NCBI GenBank assembly: GCA_965645245.1
Contig: OZ287085.1
Coordinates: 558,001 to 622,000 of the forward strand
Origin: Massalongia carnosa
Taxonomy: Eukaryota
Direction: 5' to 3'
DNA length: 64,000 bases
The notes below the pieces were generated by a model, which saw only the letters and a program-made list of their open reading frames with translations, searched no databases and was not told the DNA's origin. The position numbers were made by a program, and so were the translations under genes. The number at the start of each line of letters is the position of its first letter. The first letter of the stretch is position 1. Positions 63,106 to 64,000 of the stretch are shown here, piece by piece.

Positions 63106-63631
63106 TGTTGAATATCCAATTCCTACCAGCACAATTTTTGAATATCCAATTCCTACCAGCACAATGAACACCTATTAGTACGATGAACATAGCACCTACG
63201 GCTGCCCTAGATGGACAGATCATCTACGGAAACCGTAGATGCCGCATTAGGCTTAGTCCCAAGATAAGATAAGATCACCTCGCTTAGAAGGGGGTGACCA
63301 GTAATAGGAAAAGATTGCTGCCTAGCAACTCTTCATCCTTAACATCACGGTCATACATACCTTTATTATTACATAGCCATATAGCCATAGTCATACACCT
63401 ATTTCAACAACAGTGAACACCTATCAGTTCAATGAACATAGCACCTACGGCTGCCCTAGATTGACAGAGAATCTACGGTAACCGTAGATGCCGTATTAGG
63501 GTTATTCCTAAGATAAGATAAGATCACCTCGCTTAGAAGGTTAACGTGTAGTAGGAAAAGATTGCTGCATAGCGACTCTCCAACCTTAACATTACGGTCA
63601 TACTCCGTACATACCTTTATTATTACATAGC
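63106..63631 (+). mobile_element. LTR V containing a same-orientation copy of itself (63136-63409)
   Basis: Inner copy flanked by ACAAT/ACAGT; outer copy cut by LINE tail at 63632. Confidence 0.85.
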
Positions 63632-64000
63632 AATGATGATGATTATAATGTATTCATACTCCGATATGTCACCGGCCGTAGGCCGGCCCATGCGGGCAAA
63701 GCTATCTAAGTTATGCTACATGGAAACCCCTTTACAGGTGTAAAAACCATATCCCTTGAAACCTGTCCGATGTGACACCAGGTCGACGTCGGAAAGGAGA
63801 CGCAGAGCAAAAATCATGTGAGAACTGTGACGCCTTATGAGATAAGAAGGAAAAGAGAAGTGAAACTACAGTTAATTGTACAATAGTGTAGATGCCAGTG
63901 AGAATTAGGTCAGTAGACCCGTTTTCATTAGCCAAGCAGTTAATATCTTTAGAGTTTTTGATATTTCGGTCAGCTGTTGATAGTTGTTCGTGCCAGCGGC
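63632..64000 (-). mobile_element. Tad1-like LINE 3' end (continues beyond right edge)
   Basis: Closely matches 19215-19580 including tail and 3' UTR. Confidence 0.9.

Overview
Eukaryotic, almost certainly filamentous ascomycete (Pezizomycotina) DNA: short GT-AG introns, a fungal FunK1 kinase and fungal TE families. Only two host-like genes are supportable. One is a giant ankyrin-repeat gene (~4.4-10.3 kb) with a disrupted EH-domain-like N-terminus. The other is an intronless FunK1/Pkinase_fungal kinase (57.6-60.3 kb). Most of the rest is a deeply nested transposon cluster: a decayed Ngaro/DIRS-type tyrosine-recombinase retroelement plus a distant solo terminal unit, three Ty3/Gypsy chromoviruses (one apparently intact, with a -1 frameshift signal), two Ty1/Copia elements, Tad1-like LINEs, a Tc1 (DD34E) element, a pogo/Fot1 element, a 10-copy hAT-type MITE family with 8-bp TSDs, and over a dozen solo LTRs with 5-bp TSDs. 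Most notable: EH+ankyrin architecture; two LTR families inserted into copies of themselves; repeated LTR insertions inside tiny MITEs; transversions clustered at element termini; a CpG-sparing C->T decay pattern. Coordinates were counted by hand and family assignments rest on motif recognition, not database searches. No single clearly new multi-gene system could be demonstrated.
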